A DNA stretch of 64,000 nt from a bacterium (GTDB taxonomy: Bacteria > Patescibacteriota > Patescibacteriia > JAHIZJ01), in assembly GCA_030699685.1 (NCBI GenBank), contig JAUYLJ010000054.1, positions 309 through 64,308 of the forward strand, written 5' to 3'. Both the position numbers and the translations under genes were made by a program. Positions within the stretch are counted from its first letter, which is position 1, and every line of letters begins with the position of its first letter. Below the pieces are notes generated by a model. The model was not told where the DNA came from and did no database searches. It worked only from the letters and a program-made list of their open reading frames with translations. Shown piece by piece: positions 47,002 through 57,455 of this stretch.

Positions 47002-49755
47002 ATGAGCGAAACCTCGGAAAAAAATCCATTGCGATTCTTCACCCTGGCGGAGTTATCCGGCGGCGGTCAGGCTCAGGCAGAAACAACTGATGAGCAGGGT
47101 CCGCTCTATGGATTGTATCAGGGGAGGGTATTGTTTTGGAACCGTTCAGTTGACGAAGTAAGTATCTGGTCGTCAACGCTGCGGAAGTGGAGTCAGGTCG
47201 GTTTTGTTCTGCTGTTGCTTTTGTTCGGAGTTTTTGGGCTGCTCCTGGGATTGATAGGTTTGAGCCAGGTTTGGGAAGATAGAATATCGTGGGAAGCGTT
47301 GTGGTCCTCGAGGACTGACCTTTTTGGCGTATTCTGGGTGTCGGTCCTGGTTGATCTGCTCGCTGTTTCTTTCCTGGCTCGTCAAGAGCAAAACAAGCGC
47401 GCGTTGCCAAGGTATCAAGAAGCCCCTTTAGCCGCCACGCAACTGGATGTTCAGCACCTTGCCAGAATTCCCTCCAAAGACTGGATAGACGTCGCACAAT
47501 ATTTTTCAGGTGATGCTATCAAGGCGGTTGAAGAATCAGCCAACCTTGCTTCATCCATGAAGCATGATCACATTGAACCAATTCACTTGCTAGCGGTGAT
47601 AGCCAGGCAGAAAGAGTGTGGATTGGTTTTTGCCAGGCTAGGCGTGAACCCAAGGGACTTTCGGGAACAAGTGGACCGCGCGCTCAAAAGAAAGACACGG
47701 CATCCTTCAACCGGGCCGGTATTGTCGTCAAGCATGTATCGTCTGCTTTTAGACTCGTACGCAGAAGCGTACAGACGAAGGGCGCGAGAAGTGACTACAG
47801 CTGATTTACTGACAGCGGTGATGGTAACGGGCAAGGAAGCGCAGAATATATTATATGACCTGAATATCGAGCTTGAAGAGCTTCGCAACGTTGTTGTTTG
47901 GGTGACTTTGCAGCAGGAGCTGCGTCAGCGGCTGAGCCGATTTCATTCTCTGTCAAGATTCAAACCAAAAGGCACTATGAACCGGGCGATGACGGCAATC
48001 GCCACGCCCTATCTTGATCGCTTCAGCCAAGACTTGACTTTGCTGGCCAGGGCGGGCGCACTAGAGTATTGCGTGAATCGGCACGACGAACACGAATCAA
48101 TTTTTCGCGCGATGGAGTCAGAAGCTTACGGCGTGGTACTGGTGGGGCAGCCCGGAGTTGGACGCAAAACAATCGTCAATGGATTGGCCCAGCGCATGGT
48201 AACCGAGGACGTGCCGCCCATGTTCCATGACAAACGTCTGGTCAGTGTCAGCCTGGGAGCGGTGGCCGCGGGAGCTTCAGCGCCGGGGGTGCTTGAAGAA
48301 CGGCTTTTTCGCCTCTTGTCCGAGGTAGCCCGATCGGGAAACATTATACTTTTCATCGAAGATATTCACAATATGGTAGGCATGAACACTGAGCAAGCCG
48401 AGGGGCTGGATTTCTCGGAAGTGTTCGCCCAGCAGTTGTCTCAACACCAGATATTAGTTATCAGCACGTCCAATCCTCTTGAATATCGTCGATATGTTGA
48501 AACTAGCGCCTTGGGCGACGCTCTCCACAGGATCGAAGTGGCGGAAATGGATGAGCAACAAACCATACACGTGCTGGAATCCAAGGCCGGCTTCATCGAG
48601 GCGCAGCAAAGAGTATTTTTTTCCTATGAAGCCATAGCTGCCGCGTATAGGCTGGCCAAGCGCTATGTGTATGACCGCTTTTTCCCTGACAAGGCTATCA
48701 GGCTTCTCGAAGAAGTGGCGGCCTTTGTCAGACGCACTAGGGGAAAAGACACGATAGTCGAAGCGAATGACGTGGCGCAAGTGATCGCCAGCAAGGTCAG
48801 GGTGCCAGTGACGGATGTGACCGAGAAAGAAAGCGCCAAGCTCATGCATCTTGAAGAGCGGATCCACGAACGTCTGGTTGATCAGGAGCCGGCCGTCAAG
48901 ATGGTGGCCGAAGCACTGCGACGTGCCCGGGCCGAACTGCGCGATGAGAAGCGACCGATTGTCAATCTGCTTTTCCTGGGTCCCACTGGCGTGGGAAAAA
49001 CTGAATTGTCCAAGACGGTGGCGGAAGTATATTTTGGTTCGGAAAACGCCATGATCCGCATCGACATGTCCGAGTATCAAACTAAAGACAGCGTCGACCG
49101 TTTGATTGGTTCACCGAATGAGCAAGCCTTTGGCGCGCGCGGCGGTTATCTGACTGAAGCCGTTCGCCGTAATCCATATTCGCTTATACTGCTTGATGAA
49201 ATAGAAAAAGCGCATCCGGACATCCTTAATATCTTTCTTCAGGTGCTTGATGACGGACGACTCACTGACTCGCTGGGACGGACGATAGACTTTACAAGCG
49301 CCATTATCATTGCCACGTCGAATGCCGGCACCCCGCTCATTCAACGTCGGGTCTTGGAAGGAAGAGAAATCGAAGCAATCAGGGATGAGCTGATCAACGA
49401 AGAGCTAAAAAATCATTTTCGTCCGGAGTTTCTTAATCGTTTTGACGGGGTGATGGTCTTCAGACCCTTAAGTCACGAGGATTTAACAAAGATTGCCAAT
49501 ATTCTATTGCGTAAAGTTGCTGCGCGCTTGCTGGAAAAGGGCATTCAGTTCCGGGCCACCGAAGAAGCGATTGAGGAACTGGTCAATGAAGGGTATGATC
49601 CGGCTTTTGGAGCCAGACCATTGCGCCGCGTCATCCAAAACACAGTCGACACGGCTTTGGCCAACTATCTGCTGTCCGGGAAACTTTCTCGCCGTGATGT
49701 AGCCGTACTTGAGACTGGCGGCAAGATTCGGGTGGAGAAGGCGGAAAGGCTATAA
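47002..49755 (+). CDS. Clp/Hsp100-family AAA+ ATPase with N-terminal membrane anchor and degenerate D1 site
   Basis: Two N-terminal TM helices, Clp_N repeats. D1 P-loop GQPGVGRKT (Lys replaced by Arg-Lys shift) and Walker B ILFIEDIH (ED rather than DE). D2 is canonical (GPTGVGKTELSK, LLDEIEKAH, sensor/arginine finger). Confidence 0.8.
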   Translation: MSETSEKNPLRFFTLAELSGGGQAQAETTDEQGPLYGLYQGRVLFWNRSVDEVSIWSSTLRKWSQVGFVLLLLLFGVFGLLLGLIGLSQVWEDRISWEALWSSRTDLFGVFWVSVLVDLLAVSFLARQEQNKRALPRYQEAPLAATQLDVQHLARIPSKDWIDVAQYFSGDAIKAVEESANLASSMKHDHIEPIHLLAVIARQKECGLVFARLGVNPRDFREQVDRALKRKTRHPSTGPVLSSSMYRLLLDSYAEAYRRRAREVTTADLLTAVMVTGKEAQNILYDLNIELEELRNVVVWVTLQQELRQRLSRFHSLSRFKPKGTMNRAMTAIATPYLDRFSQDLTLLARAGALEYCVNRHDEHESIFRAMESEAYGVVLVGQPGVGRKTIVNGLAQRMVTEDVPPMFHDKRLVSVSLGAVAAGASAPGVLEERLFRLLSEVARSGNIILFIEDIHNMVGMNTEQAEGLDFSEVFAQQLSQHQILVISTSNPLEYRRYVETSALGDALHRIEVAEMDEQQTIHVLESKAGFIEAQQRVFFSYEAIAAAYRLAKRYVYDRFFPDKAIRLLEEVAAFVRRTRGKDTIVEANDVAQVIASKVRVPVTDVTEKESAKLMHLEERIHERLVDQEPAVKMVAEALRRARAELRDEKRPIVNLLFLGPTGVGKTELSKTVAEVYFGSENAMIRIDMSEYQTKDSVDRLIGSPNEQAFGARGGYLTEAVRRNPYSLILLDEIEKAHPDILNIFLQVLDDGRLTDSLGRTIDFTSAIIIATSNAGTPLIQRRVLEGREIEAIRDELINEELKNHFRPEFLNRFDGVMVFRPLSHEDLTKIANILLRKVAARLLEKGIQFRATEEAIEELVNEGYDPAFGARPLRRVIQNTVDTALANYLLSGKLSRRDVAVLETGGKIRVEKAERL

Positions 49756-50064
49756 CAATAGAATAAAGGTAGTTGGTCCAGGATTGTTGCTCGGTCCTGA
49801 CTTCCGCTCGGAATGGAAGACTTAAAGACGCGCAACGACTTTTGTAATAAAGCCCAGTTCGAATCACATTCTCGACAAACTCTTCTCGACAGGCTCGAAC
49901 ATTATAGTAGGGTGTTGATGCTTTTGATAGGTTTTTTTGCAAAAGCATTTTTACATCCTCATTTCGGAGCTGAAATTTTCCGCGTTGACAGTAAAGGCTG
50001 CGTTGAAGTACGATAGCGTTGTCAAAGAGTTCCTTAAATCCGAAACCTCAACCTTGGGGGCAAG

Positions 50065-50913
50065 ATGCTTGGGTATATTACCGGGGCACTTGCCTCGGCT
50101 TTACTGCTGTACATGAACTGGCTGCTTGTCCGATCGTTGAGGTGCTATCCTCCAAACCCGACGCCGGTAACATTGCTGGCTATTTACCTGATCCTCAACG
50201 CGATCACCTATCAGCAATTCTCTTCCTGGGAGGCTCAACTCCATGCCTACACCGCGGTGTTGGCTGGATCATTCACGTGCATCGTCACCTGGCTACGCCT
50301 CAAGCGCCGAAGCTGGCGGTCAGTGAAGGCACTCCTGCGCTTCAACTGGGTTGATGCCATAGTCGCCGTGACCATCTTCATCATCCTGGTAGTCTGGGCA
50401 TTTCTGGATGCCCGATATGCCAACTGGGTCGGGCAGATTACGCTTGTGATCATCTTCATTCCGTTCATTAAGAAGGCATGGTGCAGCCAGGCGTCGATGA
50501 GCGTGAGGCCGTGGGTAGTGGGAATGATATCTTTTTGCCTTCAGGGTTTGGTGACCCTGGGTGGGGAATGGGAATCAATGGTTTATCCCCTCGTCGGCAT
50601 TGTCTGCTATCACAGCATCCTTGGCGTTTTGTTTTCACGGCCGCTGAGGTTCGAAATGGACGGGTGTTCTTTATTTAGATTATCTGAGGCTGATCGAGTC
50701 AGTATGGGAGATGTTCTGGCAACGGAGGTGGAACGCGGACTCGAGCGCTTTGCCGGACATTCGTTCTTCGTCCCGTGTCCGAATCCGGACTGTCAGTTGC
50801 GTGAAAGCGCGGAAGTGATCCCCTTTGGTCCATACGTGAGGATCTTTCACGCTTGCGGATATGAATATCGTTGTCATGCGCGGTTATCTGGGTCACTCTC
50901 AGAAATCATCTGA
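50065..50913 (+). CDS. hypothetical polytopic membrane protein with C-terminal Cys4 zinc-ribbon-like tail
   Basis: ~7 TM helices; C-terminus CPNPDC...CGYEYRC. Confidence 0.4.
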   Translation: MLGYITGALASALLLYMNWLLVRSLRCYPPNPTPVTLLAIYLILNAITYQQFSSWEAQLHAYTAVLAGSFTCIVTWLRLKRRSWRSVKALLRFNWVDAIVAVTIFIILVVWAFLDARYANWVGQITLVIIFIPFIKKAWCSQASMSVRPWVVGMISFCLQGLVTLGGEWESMVYPLVGIVCYHSILGVLFSRPLRFEMDGCSLFRLSEADRVSMGDVLATEVERGLERFAGHSFFVPCPNPDCQLRESAEVIPFGPYVRIFHACGYEYRCHARLSGSLSEII

Positions 50914-50922
50914 GAGTTTTTT
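50896..50922 (+). terminator. intrinsic terminator (CTCTCAGA-aatca-TCTGAGAG + TTTTTT)
   Basis: 8-bp stem overlapping the stop of 50065..50913, followed by a T6 tract. Confidence 0.75.
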
Positions 50923-51160
50923 ATTGGTTTTTTGGACTAGGCGCAGTTTTCGTGGGAAAATCGATTTTTTGCCAACTGCTTCATCCCGGATTTCTGGTTG
51001 ATAGGAACTGCTATTACGTGGATCATTGATTTCCCGTCTTGGGTTTTTTCCCGACGCCCATCAACTTTGATTTGGAACGGGGTAAGTCGTCTTAAAATCG
51101 AACACGCGGCCTCAAACCCAATTGTATCCTACGTTACACGGCATCCATGCCAGGTAAGAT

Positions 51161-51189
51161 TTGTGATCTGGCACTGAAATTGGTATAAT
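51161..51189 (+). promoter_or_regulatory. promoter with extended -10 (TTGTGA-17-TGgTATAAT) for glyQS leader
   Basis: -35 at 51161-51166, TGn at 51181-51183, TATAAT at 51184-51189; ~165-nt structured leader follows. Confidence 0.6.
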
Positions 51190-51356
51190 GGCTTCGATAC
51201 GCTAAGAAAAAAAATGGACCCGGCAGTCTCGCGGGGGTATATCTCGAGAATGGACCGGGCCCTTACTCTCTGCGCTGGGCAGAGAGCGGCGCCTCCTTGC
51301 GCCGACTGGAACTGGGTGATACGGAAGCGTGAAAATGCTAACACGGAAAAATAACC

Positions 51357-52709
51357 ATGTCAACAGATATTACACGAATGGAATCGATTGTTTCACTGGC
51401 TAAACGCCGGGGATTTATCTTTCCGACTGCCGAGAAATACGGCGGGCTAGGCGGATTCTGGGATTGGGGCGCTTTGGGGGTTGAATTCAAAAACAATATC
51501 AAGCAAGCCTGGTGGAAGAAATTCGTTCAGGGCCGGAGGGACGTGGTTGGGCTGGACAGCGCCATTGTCACCAATCCGACAGTTTGGGAGAAGAGCGGGC
51601 ACCTAAAAGGATTTACTGACAGCTTGATTGAGTGCAAGAAATGTCATAAGCGCTACAAAGCGGATGATCTCCATCCGCCGGGCAAAGCTGGACGCTCTTG
51701 CCCAAACTGCGACAGCATGGAATTTTCCGATGAAAGAGCTTTTAATACCATGTTCAAGACTTTTGTCGGGCCGGTGGAAGATTCGGCGTCGATTGCATAC
51801 CTGCGACCTGAAACCGCGCAGAACATTTTTGTGAATTTTGAAAGCGTCCAGACGAGCTCCCGTCTAAAGCTGCCCTTTGGCATTGCCCAGATAGGCAAAG
51901 CATTCCGGAATGAAATTACTCCTGGCAATTTTATTTTTCGGTCGCGAGAGTTTGAACAGATGGAGCTTGAATACTTCGTCAAACCGGGTGAAGACTCCAA
52001 GTGGTTTGAATATTGGGTTGAGGAAGCGTATCAGTGGTTTATTGGCTTGGGCATCAAGAAGGAGCATCTGCGTAAACATCCTCAAAGCAAGGGAGAGTTG
52101 GCCCACTACGCCAAAGCTACGGTTGATTTGGAGTATCGGTGGCCATTTTCCACCTCCGGAGGAGATGAAGGCTGGTCCGAACTGATAGGCGTTGCCAACC
52201 GGGGAGACTTTGACCTGAAGGCGCACGGTTTCAGCGTGAAAGACGAGACGGGCGAATTCGTGCCCTATGTAATAGAGCCGTCTTTTGGCGTCGAGCGTCC
52301 GGCGCTGGCGTTTTTACTCGATTCCTATGACGTGGTCAAGGGCGGGCGGACGACGACTACCGAGAGCAATAAGGAAGAAGAAATAGTACTGCGATTGCAC
52401 AAGAGCCTGGCTCCGGTTAAAGTGGCGGTTCTTCCGCTTTCGAAAAAAGAGCCGTTGGTGAAAGAAGCGGGAAAAATATTTGAGGAGATTGCATCGCGCT
52501 TTGCCTGCGCCTACGATGATACCGCATCTATCGGTCGGCGCTACCGGCGTCAGGATGAGATAGGCACGCCCTACTGTCTGACTGTGGACTTTGAAACCCT
52601 GGAAGACAAGAAGGTTACCATACGCGACCGCGACACAATGGAACAAGAACGGGTGGCGGTTGAAGAATTAACAATCTATTTAACAGAAAAATTCAATGCG
52701 TTTTCGTAA
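51357..52709 (+). CDS. glyQS: glycine-tRNA ligase (alpha2 dimeric type)
   Basis: Class II motifs and N-terminal FPTAEKYGGLGGFWDWGALG signature of GlyRS. Confidence 0.9.
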   Translation: MSTDITRMESIVSLAKRRGFIFPTAEKYGGLGGFWDWGALGVEFKNNIKQAWWKKFVQGRRDVVGLDSAIVTNPTVWEKSGHLKGFTDSLIECKKCHKRYKADDLHPPGKAGRSCPNCDSMEFSDERAFNTMFKTFVGPVEDSASIAYLRPETAQNIFVNFESVQTSSRLKLPFGIAQIGKAFRNEITPGNFIFRSREFEQMELEYFVKPGEDSKWFEYWVEEAYQWFIGLGIKKEHLRKHPQSKGELAHYAKATVDLEYRWPFSTSGGDEGWSELIGVANRGDFDLKAHGFSVKDETGEFVPYVIEPSFGVERPALAFLLDSYDVVKGGRTTTTESNKEEEIVLRLHKSLAPVKVAVLPLSKKEPLVKEAGKIFEEIASRFACAYDDTASIGRRYRRQDEIGTPYCLTVDFETLEDKKVTIRDRDTMEQERVAVEELTIYLTEKFNAFS

Positions 52710-53973
52710 GACTGTCTTGCCGAACGGATTACGCCTAGTCACGGTTCCGCGCACTGACTCTAAAGCCGTCACCGTGCTATTTCTCGTCAAAGTGGGTTCT
52801 CGCCAAGAAAGCTCCTCCATTAACGGTATTTCCCATTTTATAGAACATCTGATGTTTAAAGGGACGGAAAAAAGACCCACTACTCTTGACATCTCAAAGG
52901 CGCTTGATCAGGTAGGCGCCGAATACAATGCCTTTACCGGAAAAGACCACACCGGATATTACATCACTGTCAATAAAGCTAAGACCCGCTTGGCGCTCGA
53001 CATTTTATCGGACATGTTGCAGAACTCAAAATTTGATTCGAAAGAACTGGAGCGCGAGCGCACTGTTATTATCGAAGAGATCAACATGTACGAGGATAAC
53101 CCGATGATGTACGTGGAAGAGATTTTTGAGCAACTGTTTTACGGAAAGAACCATCCGTTGGGCCAGTTGATTGCTGGTCCACGCTCCGTCATCCGCAAAG
53201 TAAGCCGCGCCGACATGATGCGCTACATAGGCAAGCACTATTCAGCTCGGAACTCAGTGCTGGCGGTGGCGGGAGCGATTGACAAAACGCTGATGAAGCA
53301 AGCCAAAGAGCTGTTTGGCGGGATAGGCTCCGGAAGCGCGCCGAAACGTTTCAGCCAGGCGTCTCACCGTCAAACCGCGCCGCGTCTAAAAGTACTAGAG
53401 AAAAAAACTGAACAAATCCAGATTTGCTTAGGGTTCCCGGGACTCTCATATACTAACTCTCAGTATCCGGCGCTTGAATTGCTTAGCGTTATATTAGGCG
53501 GAAACATGAGCTCGCGGCTCTTCATCAATATACGCGAACGGCTGGGTTTGGCGTACTTCGTCAAAGCCAGCGCCAACGCGTATGAAGACAGCGGCACTTT
53601 CGCCATCCAGGCCGGTTTGGACAAGAAGCGCTTTGTCAAGGCAGTGGCGGCCATTTTGAAAGAGGTGACGATGGTGAAGAACGAAGGCGTCACCGAGGAC
53701 GAGCTGAAGAAGGCCCGTGATTTTCTCCGCGGCAAGATGGTGCTGGGATTGGAGGATTCGAGCAGTTTGGCTTCCTGGGCAGGCAAAATGGAAACCTTCG
53801 ACCATGAAATTCTCACTCCCGAACAACGCTATGCCCAGTACAGAAAAGTCACTCCCTCCCAGATTCAAAAGCTGGCCAATCGGCTCTTTTTGCCCAAGTG
53901 GCTGAATGTGGCTGTCATTGGTTCGGCGGGAAATCCCGCAGCTTTGCGTCAAATTATCCGCCAGCCGTTTTAA
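52696..53973 (+). CDS. M16-family zinc peptidase (insulinase-like)
   Basis: Inverted zincin motif HFIEHLMFKGT...E; 14-nt overlap with glyQS. Confidence 0.8.
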   Translation: MRFRKTVLPNGLRLVTVPRTDSKAVTVLFLVKVGSRQESSSINGISHFIEHLMFKGTEKRPTTLDISKALDQVGAEYNAFTGKDHTGYYITVNKAKTRLALDILSDMLQNSKFDSKELERERTVIIEEINMYEDNPMMYVEEIFEQLFYGKNHPLGQLIAGPRSVIRKVSRADMMRYIGKHYSARNSVLAVAGAIDKTLMKQAKELFGGIGSGSAPKRFSQASHRQTAPRLKVLEKKTEQIQICLGFPGLSYTNSQYPALELLSVILGGNMSSRLFINIRERLGLAYFVKASANAYEDSGTFAIQAGLDKKRFVKAVAAILKEVTMVKNEGVTEDELKKARDFLRGKMVLGLEDSSSLASWAGKMETFDHEILTPEQRYAQYRKVTPSQIQKLANRLFLPKWLNVAVIGSAGNPAALRQIIRQPF

Positions 53974-54016
53974 TGTTTGCTAATTTTGTCTTTTCTCGGT
54001 ATACTCAAAAGGCGAA

Positions 54017-55102
54017 ATGTACCACCAGATGAAAGATAAAGAACAAAAAAATTCCACTGTTTCGATCTCTACTGCGACCATTTTCAAGGTGATAGCGATC
54101 GGTTTGGCGATGTGGTTCCTCTACTCGATACTGAATGTGATCGGAATTTTATTTGTGTCACTGATTTTTACAGCTGGTATTGCACCATGGGTAGATTGGC
54201 TTGAAGACAAAAGAATTCCAAGGGTGATTGGGACAACAGTTCTGTATGTGATAACCTTGTCTATTTTCAGCCTGGTTATTATTTTAATCATCCCGCCGGT
54301 GACCGAACAAATCGGCCAGATCACCTCGGTTTTTCCGGAGTATTATAATCGCATTTCGCAGGACGTCGAGGCATTGCGCGAAAGCGGCGGGGACAATGCC
54401 TTTGTGACCACGGTTCAGGAGGCGTTGCGCACTGTTAATGAAAACCTTGGCCGGGCCGCTTCCGGCATCTTCTCCAGCCTGGTTACGATCTTTGGTGGCT
54501 TAGCTTCATTCCTCAGTATTGCCGTGATCACTTTCTACCTTATGTTAGAACGCAATGGCATGAAGAAAATTATCCATGCTCTTGCGCCAGCGCAGTACCA
54601 GCCCTACCTCACCCACCTGGGCAATCGAATCACCTTGAAGTTGGGCTCTTGGCTGCGAGGGCAGCTGATGCTGGGATTGATCATCTTCGTGATTACTTAC
54701 GTTGGTTTGCTGGTCTTGGGAGTGAAGTATGCTCTCGTGCTGGCGTTGATCGCCGGGATCCTGGAATTGATCCCCATCATCGGTCCCATCCTTAGCGCCA
54801 TCCCCGCCCTTTTCCTGAGTTTTGCCGAATCACCGGCCAAGGCGCTGCTGGTACTGATACTCTATGTCGTGATTCAGCAATTGGAAAACCAGATCGTCGT
54901 GCCGAAGGTGATGCAAAAGTCGGTTGGCCTCAACCCCGTGGTGGTCATCGTCGCCATGCTGATTGGAGCTAAGCTTGGCGGCCTGCTAGGAATTATCCTG
55001 GCGATCCCGACGGCTGCGATCATCCAGGTTTTCTCCAGTGATTTTTTCGGGAGTCAGCGTGACAAAGACAATGCACTCGAATCAGAAAGCCAGCCAAGCT
55101 AA
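54017..55102 (+). CDS. AI-2E family transporter (PerM/UPF0118)
   Basis: 8 TM helices and C-terminal VVPKVMQKSVGLNPVVVIVAML...LGIILAIP signature. Confidence 0.8.
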   Translation: MYHQMKDKEQKNSTVSISTATIFKVIAIGLAMWFLYSILNVIGILFVSLIFTAGIAPWVDWLEDKRIPRVIGTTVLYVITLSIFSLVIILIIPPVTEQIGQITSVFPEYYNRISQDVEALRESGGDNAFVTTVQEALRTVNENLGRAASGIFSSLVTIFGGLASFLSIAVITFYLMLERNGMKKIIHALAPAQYQPYLTHLGNRITLKLGSWLRGQLMLGLIIFVITYVGLLVLGVKYALVLALIAGILELIPIIGPILSAIPALFLSFAESPAKALLVLILYVVIQQLENQIVVPKVMQKSVGLNPVVVIVAMLIGAKLGGLLGIILAIPTAAIIQVFSSDFFGSQRDKDNALESESQPS

Positions 55103-55793
55103 ACCACCTGGCTCATTGGCCGTGGTGGCAACACCGATCGGTAATTTAAATGATGTCAGCAGGCGGGCGATCGAAACGCTGAGATCTGCAAACGCAATAA
55201 TCTGCGAAGACACCCGGGTAACACGCAAACTGCTCAGCCATCTTGAAATTTCCGTTCCGCTCATCTCGCTTCATCATCATTCCGGCCGTGAAAAATACGA
55301 AGAAGTCATCGAAAAAATTGCTGATGGCGGAAATTTGGCCATGGTCAGCGATGCCGGTACGCCCGGCGTGTCGGATCCGGGAAATATGCTGATACGAAAA
55401 TTAGTTGATTCGCTCGGTGAACGAGTGCGTATCACCGCTGTTCCTGGGCCGAGTGCGTTAACCGCCGCGCTGAGCATTTCCGGTTTGCCGAGCGACAGGT
55501 TTCTCTTCCTTGGCTTCTTGCCGCATAAGAAGGGAAGAGAAACGTTGTTTCGCAAAATTATTGAGAGCCAGGAAACGGTGGTATTTTTTGAGTCGCCGCA
55601 CAGGATACTCAAAACATTGGAGCGCTTAGATCAGCTGATGACTCCAGAGCGGCCAATGGTAATCGTGCGCGAAGCTACGAAAATGTATGAAGAGCGAGTG
55701 GGCGAGACGGTGAGCGAGTGCCACAATCTTTTTCAGTCCAATCCGCAAAAAGTGAAGGGAGAATTCGTCGTCATAGTCGGTGTGGAGAATTGA
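55071..55793 (+). CDS. rsmI: 16S rRNA (cytidine1402-2'-O)-methyltransferase RsmI
   Basis: LAVVATPIGNLNDVSRRAIETL...ICEDTR tetrapyrrole-methylase-fold signature; start chosen at Met 55071 (overlaps upstream gene). Confidence 0.8.
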   Translation: MHSNQKASQAKPPGSLAVVATPIGNLNDVSRRAIETLRSANAIICEDTRVTRKLLSHLEISVPLISLHHHSGREKYEEVIEKIADGGNLAMVSDAGTPGVSDPGNMLIRKLVDSLGERVRITAVPGPSALTAALSISGLPSDRFLFLGFLPHKKGRETLFRKIIESQETVVFFESPHRILKTLERLDQLMTPERPMVIVREATKMYEERVGETVSECHNLFQSNPQKVKGEFVVIVGVEN

Positions 55794-56018
55794 TAGGGAG
55801 CGGTAGACGGGGGGTGGTATTGCTGATAAGGTGAAATGGAAAGGGTAATGAACTGAGAGCAAATCAGTAAGCGGGTCTGCAGTCAGCGCGAAAACTCACA
55901 TTCAAGAATATGAAAAAGAAGTTCTATATCACCACTCTTATGTACTATATTAACAACTTCGCACAGTGTCCCTGCGCTTCAAGTACGGGGCGAAATTTAG
56001 TTTTAACGGAATTTCTCC

Positions 56019-57452
56019 GTGTCTAAAAGGTTTTACATTACAACACCAATTTACTATGTTAATGACCGGCCGCACGTCGGCACCGCCTATACCACGATTG
56101 CGGCAGACGTAGTCGCCAGATGGCATCGTCAGCGAGGGGATGAGGTGTTTTTTCTGACAGGTACGGATGAGCATGGGGCCAAGGCCGCCGAAAGCGCGGC
56201 TAAAGCCGGAAAATCTCCTGAAGAATTCACCGCTGAAATCGCCCAGCTGTTTCAGCTGGCCTGGAAGAACCTGAATATCAAATACGACGACTTTATCCGT
56301 ACGACGGAAAAAAGACACGCCCGTTCGGTGGAAAAATTTATGCAGCTTTTGAAGGATAACGACGCGATTTACAAAGGAACCTATGAGGGGCTCTACTGCG
56401 TCGGTTGCGAGAAGTTCATTACCGAAAAAGAACTGGTGGATGGCAAATGCCCCCTGCACAACCGCGTACCCGAGAAGATAAAAGAAAAAAACTATTTTTT
56501 TCGTCTGACAAAATACCTCGACACGGTGCGTCGCCTGATCGAAACCGACGAAATTGTGATTGAGCCGGTGGAGCGCAAGAAAGAAGCTCTAGGCCTCTTC
56601 CAGCAGGGTTTGGAGGATTTTTCGGTCTCGCGTGAAAAAGTGAAATGGGGCATTCCGCTTCCATTTGATTCGAAACAAGTGATTTATGTCTGGGTGGAAG
56701 CATTGCAGAATTATGTTTCTGCCATTGGTTACGGCGATGACATTGACCGCTTCCATCGATGGTGGCCGGTCGACGTGCAACTGATGGCCAAAGATATCTT
56801 GAAGTTCCACGCCATTTACTGGCCTGCTATGTTACTGGCGGTAGGGGAGAAAGCACCCAAAAAAGAATTTATTCATGGTTTTTTCTCGATCAACGGGAAG
56901 AAAATGGGCAAATCCTTGGGCAACACTATCGACCCCAACGACATGGTGGAGAAATTCGGGAGCGATGGCGCTCGCTATCTCCTTTTATCACAGTTTCCTT
57001 TCGGGCAGGACGGTGATATCCAGGAGTCGCGTTTTGTTGAGAAATACAATGCAGATCTGGCCAATGGCCTGGGCAATCTAGTCAGCCGCACGGCCAATCT
57101 GATGGAGAAATATGCTGTAGAAAATTCCATGACGGATCCGGGAATTGCCAGTGACAAAATCGAGGAAATTGAGTCGGCGATCCAGGAGCTGTCTTTGGAG
57201 AACGCGTTAAAGAAAATTTTCCAGCTGATAGCCGAAGTCAATAAATATCTCGATGCCGAGTCGCCCTGGAAAATGGACGACAGCCAGGCGGAAAAAAGAG
57301 CGGAGGTTTTACGGGATTGCGCCGCCAGAGTACGAAGGATCGCCCGGCTTGTCTATCCCTTTCTCCCTATCGCCAGTCGCAGAATCGAGCGTCAATTTTC
57401 GGAGTCGCTTGTAAAAAAAGAAGATCCTCTTTTCCCTCGCATTCAAGCATAA
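56019..57452 (+). CDS. metG: methionine-tRNA ligase (short form)
   Basis: PHVGTAYT (HIGH-like), zinc knuckle CVGCEKF...CPLH, KMGKSLGN (KMSKS). Confidence 0.9.
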   Translation: MSKRFYITTPIYYVNDRPHVGTAYTTIAADVVARWHRQRGDEVFFLTGTDEHGAKAAESAAKAGKSPEEFTAEIAQLFQLAWKNLNIKYDDFIRTTEKRHARSVEKFMQLLKDNDAIYKGTYEGLYCVGCEKFITEKELVDGKCPLHNRVPEKIKEKNYFFRLTKYLDTVRRLIETDEIVIEPVERKKEALGLFQQGLEDFSVSREKVKWGIPLPFDSKQVIYVWVEALQNYVSAIGYGDDIDRFHRWWPVDVQLMAKDILKFHAIYWPAMLLAVGEKAPKKEFIHGFFSINGKKMGKSLGNTIDPNDMVEKFGSDGARYLLLSQFPFGQDGDIQESRFVEKYNADLANGLGNLVSRTANLMEKYAVENSMTDPGIASDKIEEIESAIQELSLENALKKIFQLIAEVNKYLDAESPWKMDDSQAEKRAEVLRDCAARVRRIARLVYPFLPIASRRIERQFSESLVKKEDPLFPRIQA

Positions 57453-57455
57453 TCC

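Noticed and set aside
51190-51356. Canonical glycine T-box riboswitch upstream of glyQS
   Set aside because: No convincing T-box consensus with a UGGA acceptor-binding bulge and no clear GGC specifier loop could be drawn. Kept only as an unclassified structured leader.
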